The notes under the pieces are model-generated. The model made no database searches, was not told the DNA's origin, and was given only the letters and a program-made list of their open reading frames with translations. A stretch of DNA of 64,000 nt, taken from NCBI GenBank assembly GCA_051362555.1, contig CM120640.1:55778788-55842787 (forward strand). Direction: 5' to 3'. This stretch comes from Lingula anatina (lineage: Eukaryota; Animalia; Brachiopoda). The position numbers were made by a program, and so were the translations under genes. Shown piece by piece: positions 49,901-62,805 of the stretch (positions are counted from its first letter, which is position 1; each line of letters begins with the position of its first letter).

Positions 49901-51433
49901 GTTCATTTAAGGGCCTTTCTGCTTTAGTTCAATGAAGGTCACTCTTATTGCTTTGGGCCAATTTAGGCCAGTGGGTATAAAGGATTACTGGGCAGACTGA
50001 TAAGGTGAAGTGGATTTGGAAAGATGTTGGCTTAAACTGTGCCTGGAATAAATATCATCAGCTGGATGCCCAACATATTACTAGTAGATATTTCATTCTG
50101 AAAATTTTAAGATGTCAAAGATTATCATGGCATTAACAGCAAAGAAATACCTGGTGCTGTCCTTAGACATTTTAAAGTGAAATATGTTGAATATGTGTAA
50201 ATCATTCTCCATGTATTTTTTTTAATAATTGCTTAATTTTCCATCTTAACAATAGATAGCTCTAGTTGGACAGGAACCAGTGCTGTATGCTAGGTCTATC
50301 AGAGAGAACATTGCTTATGGAATGGAAGAGGAGTGCAGTATAGAAGAAGTACAACTTGCTGCCAAGAAAGCCAATGCACATCAGTTTATATTAGAGATGA
50401 AAGATGGATATGAAACTCAAGCAGGAGAGAAAGGACTCCAGTTGTCAGGTAAAAGGGTTGTTTGTTTGTGTGTTTGTTTGTTTGGTCTGTTAGGTGTTGG
50501 AACACCTGTGTTTTCAGTTACAATTCTTTCATACAGAAGAATTGGCATTTTGTTATTATTTCCTTTATCATAATTTCTTTTGGCATATGTGTATATTGCA
50601 TGTGCATGAAGCAATTATGTACAACTGCAAATTACTTGAAGATATGCCCTTAATATGTTTCTAGAACTATTTTAGAAACTTTATCTTTATTAATTATGAA
50701 ATATTATAAACCATGCATAAGATTAATTGTGACCTTTTATGTATGAAAATACAGAATATTTCTTCCAGCCTTTTAAATATTTTATCACAATTATGTAACC
50801 TATTTTTCTTTATATTTCTAGGTGGTCAGAAACAAAGAATAGCCATAGCTAGAGCATTGCTACGTGATCCCAAAGTTCTGCTGTTGGATGAAGCCACCAG
50901 TGCATTGGATGCTGAATCTGAACATGTGGTAAGACTTCATGAATCAACTGAATTCTTTTCTTTTTGATGATTAATTAAAATGTTTTTAGTTAGTTAGTCA
51001 TGTGATATTAACACCTCATTTTGTTGGTTTGAAGGATAATTTTTTAGATAATTATTAAGAAATTTTGGTCGATAGCTAATGATAACTGTCTTGTCATTTT
51101 TCTCTGTAGGTCCAACAAGCCATTTACAACAACCTTCACAATCATACTGTGATCATAGTGGCCCATCGCCTCAGCACAGTGGAGAAAGCTAACCGTATAG
51201 TGGTCATAGACAAGGGCACTGTGGTGGAAGAAGGCACACACAAGGACTTGTTAGCTGCAGGTGGACTGTATACTAAACTGGTGCAGAGACAGATAATGGG
51301 ATTCGATGATTTTGCAAATGAAAACAAGGCTAAGTCTGACACTGTCAAGATTAACAAGAAACGTAGATCATCATCCAGTAGCAGTGACAGTTCTAGCAGT
51401 GCATCAGTTGGATCCCCATTACGGAAACTCTGA
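41990..51433 (+). CDS. ABCB9: ABCB9/TAP-like (TAPL) half ABC peptide transporter, ~821 aa, 12 coding exons
   Basis: GT-AG exons 41990-42689, 43751-43865, 44109-44239, 44582-44677, 46473-46582, 47466-47663, 47948-48076, [48306-48494 or 48543-48731], 49637-49810, 50256-50448, 50822-50928, 51110-51433 join in frame (2466 nt). N-terminal TMD0, [14 protein letters not shown], Walker [10 protein letters not shown]-loop QEP, signature LSGGQKQR, Walker [13 protein letters not shown]-loop AHRLSTV. Confidence 0.93.
42855..43077. mobile_element. PIF/Harbinger-type fold-back MITE in ABCB9 intron 1, TAA TSD
   Basis: ~95-bp inverted arms (agggagcatacacatcgagaagag... / ...ctcttctcgatgtgaatgcaccct); taa on both sides. 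Confidence 0.85.
43180..43520. repeat. Partially duplicated MITE-like element
   Basis: ~80-bp direct repeat (ctaccctcttccaggg...gacagtcattt at 43182 and 43388) and an inverted end aatctgccaccctggtggggggtag. Confidence 0.6.
44855..46069 (-). CDS. rhaM: L-rhamnose mutarotase (RhaM/YiiL, DUF718) family protein, 133 aa, 3 exons, nested antisense in ABCB9 coding intron 4
   Basis: Exons 46069-45959, 45380-45287, 45051-44855 with GT-AG junctions give 402 nt in frame: [99 protein letters not shown]...[19 protein letters not shown]. Family motifs Y-x3-H-x2-VWPE, NYSI, LFAY, WW and MEExFH are present. Confidence 0.9.
46908..46995. repeat. (TG)n followed by (TTTG)n microsatellite
   Basis: Seen directly. 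Confidence 0.95.
47101..47341. mobile_element. PIF/Harbinger-type fold-back MITE in ABCB9 intron 5, CTA TSD
   Basis: ggctgcattcaca...tgtgaacgcagcc termini, ~100-bp inverted arms, cta on both sides. Confidence 0.85.
48306..48494 (+). CDS. ABCB9: ABCB9-like exon 8a (alternative)
   Basis: cacag|...|gtaaat, 189 nt, phase 0-0, [19 protein letters not shown]...[11 protein letters not shown]. Confidence 0.88.
48543..48731 (+). CDS. ABCB9: ABCB9-like exon 8b (alternative paralog of 8a)
   Basis: tttttcag|...|gtaatt, 189 nt, phase 0-0, [19 protein letters not shown]...[11 protein letters not shown]. Confidence 0.88.
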
Positions 51434-51591
51434 TGTTCCTCTTCGTTGGGATATGTTATTTTTTGTTTTCTACTTACTCTTTGAAGGAGAATAATTTTTG
51501 AGAATTAATTTGCAATACTCATTTTATAACATGTCTAAGTGAATTCAAATGCTATTGATATAGGATGGTAAGGAAATAATTATGTTTTTAT

Positions 51592-51595
51592 TTAC

Positions 51596-51642
<47 letters not shown>

Positions 51643-51645
51643 TTA
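51592..51645. repeat. (TTTA)n microsatellite
   Basis: Seen directly. Confidence 0.9.
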
Positions 51646-51767
51646 TTAAAATTGAAAAGGTAATGGGAGAGGCCTAAAGTGCTGTCTGTTTACAGATGTT
51701 TATCTGAACACAGTGCATGCATGTCTCTCCTTCTTACAATCATTCCAAGTTACACTAACTTACAAAG

Positions 51768-51995
51768 CAGTGGCGGGTTTAGGGGGGGGGTCAGGGGGTC
51801 CTTTGATTTCTGGGAAAAAATTAGAACTTTGACTAGCTGAATCATAGTTCAAAACCGTACCAAATGGCAATGTTCGCCCTCTAAAATATCAAAAATTTTC
51901 CAGACCCTACAGCAGGCCCTGAACCCCATGCCAAGGGGGTGTTGGCTTTCACATTTGCTGACCCCCCCTTTCAAATAATCCTGGATCCGCCCCTG
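51768..51995. mobile_element. CAG(G/T)GGCGG-ended MITE, 5-bp TSD CAAAG
   Basis: cagtggcgggtttagg ... cctggatccgcccctg, flanked by caaag on both sides. Confidence 0.75.
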
Positions 51996-52264
51996 CAAAG
52001 TCACAACAAGAATGTGTCATGGCAGTTCTAACAGCTGATTATTCTATGGAATTAGCATATTAAGAGTTTTCTTACAGTAATTTTGTACCAAGATATTCAG
52101 TAATGCATTTATATGTTTATTCAGAAAAAAGCTTTTAATTACGTACTATATTCAAACAGAACTGATTTATCACAAGCATTGCTTTATTTGTTATATCTTA
52201 TGACAGGGATGTTATCTTCCTGGAATGGTAGTAGGGTTCATGGAACATATATCATTATTATTTT

Positions 52265-52689
52265 AATCACCTCTGCCAAGGTGGTTATGTTTTCACCCCT
52301 GTTTGTTTGTTTGTTTGCCTGTCTGTTTGTCATCAACATAACTCAAAAAGTTAAGTATGAATTTCGATGGAATTTTCAGGGTAAGTCAGAAATGGGTTAA
52401 CTTAGATGTGATTAGTTTTTGGTGGTGATCTGGATCAATAATCAGTCAATAATCTAAAATCAAAAAACTAAGTTATGGACCGATTTTAATGAACTGTCAG
52501 AACTGTCAGAAGTGGACCAAGGAACCGATGATTAGTTTTTGGTGGTGATCCGGATCAGTAATCAATAAATAATCAACAATCAAAAAAAAGGATAAATCAT
52601 TATAGAATGAAAATTTAGGGGTGAAACGGCATTGGATGGATACTTTGCTGCCTTGGTGGAGGTCTGCACTCTCTGGGTGCTTTTCTAGT
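52265..52689 (+). mobile_element. HINE family A copy (opposite orientation, ~2 core units)
   Basis: Reverse complement of the 11.1-11.9 kb elements: acctctgccaagg...(TTTG)n...ccttggtggaggtctgcactctctgggtgcttttctagt. Confidence 0.8.
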
Positions 52690-53080
52690 TATTATTGTAA
52701 TACATGGCATAAACCTGGTCGGTGATGATACTTGAGATAATACTTACATTGGCATAATATGATTATTATAAGTTCCTATCTTATTCATATTCAATATATG
52801 TGATACTCAAGAAACTTTTATTGATAAATTCCCAATTTTAGGACTCTTTTGTTCTAAACATATCAAAGCAATGAACTAATTCAATTCACAGCATTGCAAG
52901 GATGACTATATTAATCTAGATCATTGTTTTGAAATAGATATCACTTGGTTCACCTGTTTGTTTTTCTCTTTCGTAAAGGAAAAAATTGTGAAACTTTTGT
53001 ATAACATTTCCAAAGGCATATTTCTCGAAGTACAAAAAAATAAAAACTTTGTAATGTTTCTCACAATGTACATTCATTCG

Positions 53081-53111
<31 letters not shown>

Positions 53112-54770
53112 ATATTAATTATAATATTTATTTAGCCAGTGACGTAATCCGAAATTGTTATGCTGTTACCAAAGTAGAAGGATATCTTACTTAAAAACAG
53201 AGCAAAAAGTATAATAATTTATGCTTGTAGTTAAAAAAGAGAAACTGAACTGAACGCATAAAGACTTTTTGAAACATCTTGCTCCCCCAGAAAATTGTGT
53301 AATTACTAGGAAAAATTTAAAACGCGCATGGACAGCCTACATTCTGGTACACTTCCATCTCTTTCCACCTACTCAGCACGAGGAGTTACACGATGATAAA
53401 AGAGCTGTGACGACTGGTGTCTGTTTCATGATTTGAAATTTCTATTATAAAACTACTTATGATAGTTCCACAGAATAGCAGTTTGGCTTGACTAAAGCTG
53501 CAGCTTGCCTTAAAACCTGTGCTGGTATCATTTTCTACGTTTTTAATAAGTGGTTCTGTCAATTTGGCTTTCAGTCATTCAAAAATTGTTGTTTTGGCTT
53601 GAATGTGTTGAAGTCATCGGTGCCGTACCTATTATTTAAATATAAAATATGGATTTGAAAATAAACACATATTATTAGCAAACTTCGCGAAAACATTGCG
53701 AGGCGGTGAAGTGAAAGGCAATTGTTTTAATAGTTTAACTGATCAGCAAAGCAAGAAATGACATTAAAGAATTTGAAGAGTCTTGCAAAAGTAATTAAAA
53801 TTGAGCAGCAGAAAATAATGATTACCTAATTTTGTTCATACTTGATTTTATTGCTTCAAAAAGAACCATTAATCATTTCCCCCTTTTCTTGCTCGTTATC
53901 ATGCAGCAACAAGAAACAAGAAATCCATTACATCTGGCCTTTGGTGGGTGACAAATGTAAGATATATGTACTGAGGACTTGGCAAAGAGATGCAGTCTAA
54001 CGTATTCTATACCAGAAGCACCAACTTTTTGGTGGAGTAGAAAAAGGTAGGCATTAAATGTTTTAGATTTTTTTACTACTTAGAATATATATTTGAATCA
54101 TATTTGTCAATTTTTTCGATTTATCTAGTTATTAAAATTATTTTCATCATTATTTTTTGTCATGACGTTTGTTACCTTAAGAACATTTCAAAATTTTCTT
54201 TTTTATTGGCTACAACTAAGGTATTGTACTATATATATATATTCAAGCATTACATCACTGAGAGAGTTTTTCTCATTTTACGCTTAAATTGTTTGGTGGT
54301 ATGTCAGATTTCAATAAGGAATTTTGTTTGAAATTGAAGATTCGCTGAGGGCAGGGCACAATTCAAACAAAGTGCAGTTTAACGTTTGAATATAAGATCT
54401 GATATGAAACAAACTAAACTTTTTGTAGAGAATTTTGACATACCGTCTCGTGGTCCCGTAGATTTTACACAGCAGTTATTTTTATTGCCGTTCAAATCGT
54501 ATCGTAAACCGCTTTGACAGATTTGAAACTCCCAAAAATCGAACATCCCATTTTACCCCAAAAATCCATCCCATAACTCCAGTTATGAGATCACGCAATA
54601 AAACTATCGGAAAATTGAAAATGTGAGAAAGCGTGAAAATGTGGTATCAAGCATTTGCCCTAACGGTGGTTGTGAATAAAAAAAAAAGATGTAAATAAAA
54701 AGAATGGGTCTTAAAAACAATGCGTGACGCATCAACCTAAAAGAAAGGTGTCTTTTTCTTTTTCAGTATC

Positions 54771-54943
54771 ATGGTCAAATGGAAAAATCTTGCTGTGGCC
54801 TTGCTGGTGTTACTTTTGTGGTTTTCTTCTGCGGCTGTTGGGAAAAAAATAGGTTTTGTAAAATTTGCGAAGTATACTTTCAAACTATTTAAGTCTAATA
54901 ACAAATTTCTGTCTTAATCATGTTTTACATATAGTGACCATTC

Positions 54944-54974
<31 letters not shown>

Positions 54975-57900
54975 CTTTGGTCTCTGTATTCTCCTTTAAA
55001 AAATACTCTTGCTAAAATGATGGGATATTTTGAAAATAACAGATATTATTATTATTTCAAATTCGCCGTGATAAATGTCACAAAACCTTTGATATAGCTG
55101 GCTATAACATGACCATTATACACTTTGTGAACCGTGTATATACATGTATAACAAATCTGACCAGAATGGCAGGCAACGTGCACACTTATGGCCTAGCCAC
55201 TGGTGTTTGAGGTTGCCACTCAATTTTGTCCCGTGACAATGCCCAGACTAACTGTAAAAGCCAGAGGGAGCGCTTCGTACCTTTTGTGGATGTGTCGCAA
55301 ACAAAACGAAATTGCCGTTCGCGTTGGAATCACTGAATAAGCAGTAGGTAAGACCATCCACATCCATCTTTATCCTGCAAAGCATCAGCACTTCTTGCAC
55401 CTGAGTTTCAGGACACTGTAAAGCTAGCTTGTTCACTATTCATACCTTTTCATGGAATAGCTTTTCAGCTTTGCTGATATGGGTTATATATGATATCAAA
55501 ATCGAGCTGGCAAAACTGAAATCTAGAACCTACGGTACTGATTCCTGGCATAAGTGAAGAAATACTTCTACTTGATCGCTTTTCATCCAACTTCAACAGA
55601 TGAATAACTGTCGCTACGAATGAATCTGACAACTTCATTACAAATTGCGTCTTTGGAGGCTTGTCTGGTTTTCTGATGAAGAAAGATTCCTTCTTCAGTG
55701 TAGTTAGCAAATTCAAGTTGCTGAAGACTGAGGTAGGAACTGTTGTGTACGTTGCTGGTAATGTCCACTTTTGGTTTGCTATTCTTCAGCGTTTCACGTT
55801 GAAGGTCGAATCTTGTAAATGCCTGATCGAGACAAAGTATACATAATCTTGAATTTGAATTGAAATAAACTTGAATTGAATTTGAAAAAGAAGTCGGTGA
55901 ACAAACAGTTGTAACCTCCAATTCGTTGCGTCGCCAGTGTAACAGAACTAATGAGATGGTTAAACAAAACATTTTGTCTCAGTTTTGATTTCTTGAATTT
56001 ACAGATACAAAATTCTGGTAAAATACTTAATCATTTAAGCAAGACTGTATTTGTCCTAAAGGCACGCAACAGGCTTTTAAGAAATTGCATGACTATACCT
56101 GTTTAATATTCAACAAATTCACACGAACGGTCACAATCACCTGTGTACTAAACACTTTCTCTAAAACTTACGGCTGTCTTGTCATAAAATCTTTGTATTT
56201 TTATTTGGCTTCCCCTCAAAATTAACATCCTTATATGATTATCTTTTTGGACATTTTGAACTTAAAATTGTATATTCGTCTTTTATTTCATTCCAATCTT
56301 CACGAAGGACTGGAAGTTTCTTTCTGTCTATCAAAATCAGACATGTTTTCCATTCGTTTACTTTAAATTTGAAAAGTAGCTAAACAAGATAGACGATTTA
56401 ATAAAGCCATATTTTGTACTGAATCTATTTTTCCTTAGGTCCTTGTGTGTGCATGGCGTACGGAGACCCCCACTTTCAGACCTGTGACGGACTGAAGTTT
56501 GAATTCCAAGGTGGTAAACATTGTTCTCTAGATTGATCCGCCTGACACTTTATATAACTGCTGCATCATCTGGACCAATAAAGAAAACAATTGGAGACAT
56601 TTCACTGTTTTCAAAAAGAGACATTGCTACAAGTCTAGTATCAAATTGACCGTAAAGTTCAATTTTTGTGTGATTGAGCTTAAATTCGTTATATAATAGA
56701 GTATTTCATACAGATATATAGTTACATTATATTTTCTTTGCTGAAGCAAACCAAATCCCCCAAGTCATGCAAGTTAAGACAATTCACTTTTAAAAATATA
56801 ATCTTAATAGTTTTTTTCTTAATTGCGTAAACCATACTTAACAATTTATAAATCAAAACAAATGGATCGACCGTCACAACCGTTACCCGTTAGTTAAGAC
56901 ATACATACTGTTGTAAAAACCCGAAGTTTGGACCTATGGCAACGTCGACTAAAGCAAAGGTAATAGGCCTACACAAATTTCTTTCCAGGGACATGTTCAT
57001 ACAATATGATGTCTTCGTGCAACTTAATCCCAGGCATAGACGACGATCTGGTCACCTTCAGCGTGACTATTAAGAACAGTGAGGCAGAGTCAGGAGAACA
57101 GACTACCTCTGTTCACGAAATCATTATCCAGTTCAATGGTATCTTAATCATCATGGCGTCCCATGGCGGAGTGACGGTGCGTTGATTAGATATGCCATAA
57201 AATACTCTAGATCGACCTATTTCCCTGGGGGTTCACGCTAAATTGCTGTCAGCCGACCGCGCACAGAAGTTAATTACCCCCTTGCAGCTTTTAGTAGGCG
57301 AGACAGACATTTAAGCCGGCTAAGCTGACAGTAATCTAGTGAGACTCCCCACGGGGATAGATCGATCTAAAATCTGTGGGAATGGGGTCTTACGGCGCGC
57401 GCTCGGCTGACAGCAATTTAGCGTAAACCCCCAGGGAGTTAGGTCGATCCAGATGGATCTATCTAAATCTCTGGGAATGCAGTCTAAGAGGGGCGGGACT
57501 AGGCGGGACAGACATTGAAGCTGGTTAAGAAGGTGTTCACAGTCCATGATCTATGTCCCGTTTAACTTCTAGAAAAAATTTTTAAATTTTTTTTCTATTT
57601 TTATTGAAAAGGGTTTTTTTATCATTTTCAATTTAGGTTAATGACGCATCTATTTCTATGAGCTCCGGACCCAATGTTTTCAATGGGTACAATATAACAC
57701 GTATTGTAGATGGACAGATAAATAGACTGGAAACTGACTTCGGGCTGGCTGTTTTGGTCAAGCTGCCGATAGCTGGAAATAAGCATAGAATAAGAGTCAA
57801 AATCCACAGGTAAATGATCGTCATTTTGATTTCATAATGTAAACATAAAGTATTTTATATTGTAATATCAATAAAATTTCACTCTGTCTCTCCTCATGCA

Positions 57901-58748
57901 AACATTTAGCTGTTCGTCTTGGTGTCTGTCTGTTTTACTGTAAGGCACGCAAACATTTGTGCAAAAGGTTGAATTAACTCAGAGGACAAAATGACGAAGG
58001 TGTTCAAAGCTCGGCATTTAAAAACGGCGTAGAAGGAAACAGGAAACTCGTCTGTTATGCCAATTTACTTCTAACACAAGTGTGGATGCTGAGCTGGGTA
58101 ACCTTTAAATCCACCTTCAACTCTAGTTAGTTTAATTATCACACACACACACACACACACAAACACACACATGCGATCATTCATTCGTGGAAACGAATTA
58201 TCAAATTGAATTAAAATATATTGCATTTTGGGTTATTCGTCAGAAAGAAATGTAATCTAATTTGAGATGATGAATTTTAATCATGGCCTTATCTTCTAGT
58301 TAAAGTTAACCAGATACACTGATCTCTTGAGAACACACTACCACGTTATGATATTTCTGTCACAAATTGATCCAGCACTTCCAGCACTTGTGGCACACTA
58401 ACTGTTGAGAATTGCCGTGTACAATTAGTCTATATCCAGCCGTATTGAATACTGGAAAATGATAGCTAATCCATATATCTTAAAATCAGTAATTATGATA
58501 ATGATAGACCATGGGACCATGACATCAATTTTTTTCTACTAGGCGTTATCGTAAAAAAGTGTGCGGTCTGTGCGGCAACTATGACGGAAGAATGGGCAAC
58601 GACATGCGCACTGCAAATGGGACAAACTTGAAAAGACTTTCCAGAAAAAACCGCGTGAAAGCTTTTGCTGAACTAGGCAAAAGTCATATGGTCCAATCAT
58701 TTATTGAAGAACCGTAAGTGCCGTACATATTTGTTGGTTCAGCTTTCT

Positions 58749-58802
<54 letters not shown>

Positions 58803-58890
58803 CCTATATATATATATCGAGCCTTTAAATGGGTAAAACGGCTGTAGGGCAATATAGAACGGAAGCAGTGACCGGGTACCGGGGTATGGT

Positions 58891-58927
<37 letters not shown>

Positions 58928-59453
58928 TGCTTTATGTTTGTAGATTGCAAAAGCTGATCGCTGTTTAGTCTCTGCCAGAAGATACATTTAAGTCAGTACT
59001 CTTTTTAGATGCGAGGACGTCATACCCACTTTGCACGAGCATCTGAAACTTGAAAATATGATTCATGAGGTGGATCCAACTGCTTGCCAGGGGGTTGATT
59101 CTACATTGCTTGCTCAAGCCGAGTATTTATGTCAAATCCGTAAAAGGAGGAGTCCTGTCAAAAGGATTTTCAGCCGTTGCCTTCGTCAACTGAGGAACCC
59201 AGTGCATCACATCAATGTAACGGAATTTGAAGATGGTTGCGTCAGTGCCTTTTGTTCGGGGTTGACGAGATCAAAAAGAAACGCCCAGCGACAGGTCTGT
59301 TATTTCGTCCAGGCCCTAGGGGAGGTATGCAGAGATATACAACGGAGATCTGAGGGTTGGTGTGAAGTGCTGAATTGCCCTGCTAAGCCAGAATTGGGAT
59401 GTCATAAATGGGAACCATATTTGGCTCGGTACGCCGGAATACCATTTGTTTGA
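54771..59453 (+). CDS. Secreted VWD + C8 domain protein (FCGBP/zonadhesin/mucin-like module), ~376 aa, 6 coding exons
   Basis: Exons 54771-54852 (signal peptide MVKWKNLAVALLVLLLWFSSAAVG; weak donor), 56439-56510 or 56513 (CMAYGDPHFQTCDG...FQG), 56989-57176 (TCSY), 57637-57809, 58543-58713 (VCGLCGNYDG), 59009-59453 (C8-like Cys pattern) are phase-compatible. Confidence 0.85.
57207..57485. mobile_element. Fold-back MITE (ttaattaccccct core) plus an adjacent inverted half copy, in a VWD gene intron
   Basis: 57207-57390 matches 35885-36066; 57395-57485 is the reverse complement of the left arm. Confidence 0.75.
58753..58924. repeat. (TA)n and (CA)n microsatellites
   Basis: Seen at 58753-58817 and 58894-58924. 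Confidence 0.9.
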
Positions 59454-60681
59454 GCCCCACTCGTCTGAGCCTTTTGAAATGCCGACCACTGAAGTATCCG
59501 ATTCACATAATGCAGTGTATAAGGTGTATGCAGTTTCGATCTTGGTGGAATATTCTTTCAAATAGTTATTTATCGTTATTATGTCGTATAAACATGTAGC
59601 TTGTGTATGTACATGTTCACATAGATCGATATGGACATTATTTTATATCGGTATGCCAATTCAACATTACATAAAGTGTTTGACGCTGGAAAACAACTCA
59701 TTATACAAGGATTAAATTCTTCAATACCAAAAGAGTATAATTCATGTTGCAAAAGAAAAAGAACGTTGAGGGAACATTATACGCGTACTATGCATGTGCT
59801 ACGGGTTAGGTCCTAAGCATGTCTGCATGTATTCCTTCTTTTTGGTGCAATAACACTTGAACTGAAGGGTTAATTTTCAGCTGGCTAATTTCCTTTAAAG
59901 TGTGGTGCAGTATATTTAATTTTGTCATATTTAAAATGTTTAATAAATGTTGCTTTGTTTAAACATGTAGAGTTACTCAGTATCTCTCGATGTCAAATGT
60001 TTTTGACGTAATAACTGAAGGTATTTCACGCAATATAGTGGATGGGTGTGGGCCATCACTAAGACAAGGACTTCATTTTAAACAGGGTTTTCTGTTTTTC
60101 AAGTGTTCCAAAATATGTTACATGTAAATGTATGTGCTACGATGTTACAATGAAGGGGGGGGGGGTCTATCAAAGCGGGCAAACGCCACTGTTACGTGAA
60201 ATAGATAGGTTCACTGGAGGGTGAACGCCAGTATTGGTTCTCTGGCTATCATCACACCTTTCTAATTAAAAAACTTAACCAACAATGACGATATTGATTG
60301 AAGCAGGAAATAAACATGTTTTTCCTACTAATTAAGCAAAAGTTTGACCCTTTAAATAAGATTGTTAGTTGAACTTAAACACTACTGTATGTTTGACACC
60401 GTTATTTGTAGCGTGCATGTATATGAATGTTTATGCCTAATTTGTCTATGTTCAATAGAGATAACCGATTAACCTGACTGCACTCTCAAAAAAGTTTCAT
60501 AGCTCTATCCTGCAGTATTAAGTTAAACATTTGTTAATATTCCATTTTGAAAAGTTTTAAACACAAAATAACGTATTAATTAAAAAAAACATTTCAAGCG
60601 CCATTTCAAGACTCATCAGAGGGTAAATGAAATACATGTTTTGCATTTTACAGAAACGGTTTTCATTGAACAAGGTGGCTA

Positions 60682-61740
60682 CAGGGGGGTGACATAAGAA
60701 TATTGCACCACCTGTGTGAATAGTGCGCTTTGTGACATGGGGAACCCATTCGCAAAAAGTGATTTGTGGTTTGTTGTTCGCGTAACCAGTAATGAATTTT
60801 TATCCGTGTGCACTGTGAGGGGTAGCAACGAGGGTGCAAGCCCCCTCTGACTGACAAGTTCCTGCCATGGAGAAGCTACGGAAGCTCACAAACGAAGAAA
60901 GAAAATAAATTGTTCCTCTGGGGGATATAAATGTCTCTCAGATAGCCGCCAGATACGGTGTTTCTGGTCAGACTGTATATAGGGTGATGCCCATCAGTCA
61001 CCACAAAGTGGCCGCCCGAAGAAGACCAGTGCCAGAGACACCAGGTGTCTTTTATGCTGTCAAGGCTTAAGAGATTTGAATCTTGCAGCGAATCAGCTTT
61101 TCAGTGGTCCCGTAATTTGAAGGTTGAGGTTAGCAAAATAACTGTTTAAAGAAAGTTCCATGCTTCAGGAATTCACACCAGGGTTGCCAGGCGAAAACTG
61201 CTCATCACATTGGTAAACAAACGAAGAAGAGTGACATGGGGTGAAAGAACCATTGCATGGACCCTAGATCCATTTATGGCGCCATTTTGTGTTGCTGAGC
61301 AATTCATTTTCCAATATGATAACGCCACATTCCACAGGCTCAGGTCTGTACAAGAGTGGTTTTACCATTATGGCATCAACAGGGTGGACTGGCTTGCCCA
61401 ATCACCAGTCATAAACCCCAATGAAAACCTGTGGAATCAGAATGGAAATACAAACGTACATGTAGCCCACAGAATATTGCTGAAGATTACTGAACCGTTA
61501 TCAATCTCCAGAAGGATAGTGGTCATATTGAGATCACTTGGCTGTCTTACAAAATACATGTATGAATACTGAGATATATATGTAAGGTTATATAAGGACA
61601 ACACATTGGACTGTGAACCTGAAGTAAAGATAGTAACTTGACATTGCCAGTTTTCAATAAAATACTATTTGAAAAACTAAACAAACCCAGCTGTTTTTCA
61701 TCTTCAAGCAAAATGGTGCAAAACTTTTGTCACCCCTCTG
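60682..61740 (+). mobile_element. Tc1/mariner element relic with internally deleted, decayed transposase
   Basis: TA on both sides; imperfect TIRs caggggggtgacataag...tgcacca / tggtgca...ttttgtcacccctctg. Remnants FQYDNATFH and WLAQSPVINPNENLW correspond to the Tc1 motifs QQDNAPxH and WPxxSPDLNPIENLW. Confidence 0.88.
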
Positions 61741-62735
61741 TACATGGTGCACACATTTTCATCGTTTTAGCATTTTCTTTTTTAAAGGTCTTAATAAGAA
61801 AAGATAAGTAGCTTTGCAGGATATGAAGGCATAAAAATTTATCTTTACTGCCTTTTCAAACGCGTTTAGTACCAAGTAAAATATTAACAGTACGTGCATG
61901 GTATCCCAACATACATGTATCAATACACTAAAAATGCTCACAAGACAATGCTCTTTGTGTAAAAATAAATCATCTTCTGTAGGCTGTTATGAGATTTATT
62001 ACTTGAATACCCTTTTTCAATATGTAAATAAAAGGTCAGTAAATTCAACTGTTGCTTTTCTTCATATATCACATATTGCAGTACTTATGATCCCCCCCCC
62101 CCCAAAAAAAAAAAGTGGCTATCGTCCCCATTATTTCTAAGGCGTTAGTAAATAACATACATGTACAGGAATACAGGGTGTGTGGTGATTAGTGCAAGCA
62201 ATGTCCTCGTAAAATGCAACAAAATAATGATTTCCTCTTTCCGTCTTCTCTTAAGATAACGAATTTCTGGTATATAAAAGTGGCAGTCATATTTATGGAA
62301 CATTTGGTTTTTATCACCAGCATTTTATATCTTCATGAAACTATTGTTAACATCCTGAAATCAGGAGTAAGTTGTCACTACCTAAAGAGAAAAAATGTTG
62401 AATACCACAACTTTTACATACTGTTTGGTCTATGTCATTGCAATTAACCTGTTGTTTTCTCTAGCATACAGTTTTTCTGCATATAAACGGTAACGTTATA
62501 CATAGAGAAATGAGTTGTAGTAATTATTATGGCAGTTATTCATACACTGTTCAAATATTAAAATAATCATTAACAGCAATGTTTTGAGACAGCATGTATG
62601 TATCAATATCCCACCTGAAAATGTACAACTATTCGATGGTGAAAATAATCCATGTTATGGCAAGAAGATAATTTTTTCTGCTAAATCATGTTTACTAATA
62701 GAAACCATTCATATCGCTTATGAATATTATTTGAA

Positions 62736-62739
<4 letters not shown>

Positions 62740-62802
<63 letters not shown>
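62740..62802. repeat. (TA)n microsatellite
   Basis: Seen directly. Confidence 0.95.

Positions 62803-62805
<3 letters not shown>

Noticed and set aside
58748-62805. ORFs with YIYI/CVCV runs (58748-58987, 62584-62805)
   Set aside because: These are translations of microsatellites.
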